Part shown: positions 63,211 through 64,000 of the stretch, piece after piece
Position numbering within the stretch: the first letter of the stretch is position 1
Layout of the letters: the number at the start of each line of letters is the position of its first letter
From: an uncultured delta proteobacterium
GTDB lineage: Bacteria > Myxococcota_A > Polyangia > Fen-1088
Assembly: GCA_963755125.1 (NCBI GenBank)
Contig: CAVWIP010000010.1
Span: 160,001 to 224,000, forward strand
Direction: 5' to 3'
DNA length: 64,000 bases
Translations under genes and position numbers: made by a program
Notes under the pieces: model-generated
Told to the model about the DNA's origin: nothing
What the model saw: the letters and a program-made list of their open reading frames with translations, nothing else
Database searches by the model: none

Positions 63211-63989
63211 GACGACTCCTCGCCCGACGAGCGGCGGTCGGATGAGTCAATCGCTTGGGCTGACTCGGCGTTTTCCGGCTGGCTTTCTCCGACCAGGCCA
63301 CCCGGCGTGGGTACGAGACCTATGGCCGGCGCGCCGGCCAGACGGCCACCTTCCAGGTGTACCCGCCTGCCACCCGCATCCACCAAAATCTGCGCAAAGC
63401 TGGGGTCGGAGGTAGCGCACAGAACAGCGCACCCCCTGTCACGAGCCCAGACAAGTGCACGGGCGATGCCTTCACGGTCGTCTCCGCCCATGCCCGACGC
63501 CGGCTCGTCCACCACGATCAGTGGCGGGGGCCCCACCAAGGCACGCGCGAGCGCGACCAAACGCTGCTGGCCGGTAGACAAAGACCGGGCCATGCGTCCT
63601 TCCCAGGCCGAGTCAGCGACCATCGCCAAGGTTTCACGCGCGTCTGCCTCAGCCGAATCAATCGGCTCGCCACGGACGGCAAGGGCCAGCATGATATTCT
63701 CCAGCACGGTCTCGTCCGGGATGAGCAGGGGCTCGGGCGGCAGGTAGCCGATGTTGCGGCGAACGTAGGGCAGGGACGATGCCTGCAGGCCCGCAATGTC
63801 TCGCTCTGCGATCCACACGGCGCCCGAGTCCGGCGCTCGAACTCCGGCCGCTACGGCCAGCAGAGAACTCTTGCCAGAACCGGTCAGCCCCTGCACGACG
63901 ACCAGCTCGCCACTAGACACTCCCAACGTCACGTCGTCGAGGGCCGGGCCATCCGCGCGCAAGCAGGAAACGCCTTCGAGCCAAATCAC
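63207..63989 (-). CDS. ftsE: Cell division ATP-binding protein FtsE-like
   Basis: Walker A GLTGSGKS, SLPYVRRNIG, TVLENI, LSTGQQR and IVVDEP. Confidence 0.8.
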   Translation of the reverse strand: MIWLEGVSCLRADGPALDDVTLGVSSGELVVVQGLTGSGKSSLLAVAAGVRAPDSGAVWIAERDIAGLQASSLPYVRRNIGYLPPEPLLIPDETVLENIMLALAVRGEPIDSAEADARETLAMVADSAWEGRMARSLSTGQQRLVALARALVGPPPLIVVDEPASGMGGDDREGIARALVWARDRGCAVLCATSDPSFAQILVDAGGRRVHLEGGRLAGAPAIGLVPTPGGLVGESQPENAESAQAIDSSDRRSSGEESS

Positions 63990-64000
63990 AGCGCGATCTT

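Overview
GC-rich, gene-dense chromosomal window, most consistent with a Myxococcota (Polyangia-like) bacterium. It carries a MYXO-CTERM protein, Gly/Thr/Ser-rich lipoproteins and a large Ser/Thr kinase. Main contents: (1) A tightly coupled minus-strand operon at 1082-15177: mvhD-like, metF-like, two GltB FMN-domain genes, a GltB GATase/GXGXG gene, hdrC, hdrB, a giant hdrA with an internal GltD-like module, mvhD and metV. This is a Hdr/MvhD/MetFV-type redox complex with a split glutamate synthase inside it and a MetF that lacks key catalytic residues. (2) Two paralogous cassettes (15588-18227 and 32914-34875), each pairing a PlpX/splicease-like radical SAM-SPASM enzyme with a low-complexity lipoprotein that has a shared N-terminal leader and repeated Tyr-centred motifs, mostly Y-M-A or Y-x-x-P rather than the canonical X-Y-G. 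This is the best candidate for an undescribed protein-modification system. One precursor is frameshifted at a G7 tract and preceded by tandem sigma54-type promoters. (3) A dispersed family of modular palindromic REP/MITE-like elements (core GAACCCTTTCAGGGTTCCCAT) at four loci. One truncates an IS5-family transposase and one appears to supply the start codon of a FadL-like gene. (4) Housekeeping and accessory genes: ABC exporter, aceEF, DUF2844/DUF3443, beta-helix, GH5 and LamG proteins, alanine aminotransferase, kduI/exuT, an EmrAB-TolC-type pump, an orphan N6-methyltransferase plus specificity gene, a CPBP protease, and ftsEX with an EnvC-like gene. No rRNA, tRNA or CRISPR array was recognised. 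All family calls are from motif recognition by eye; no searches were run.
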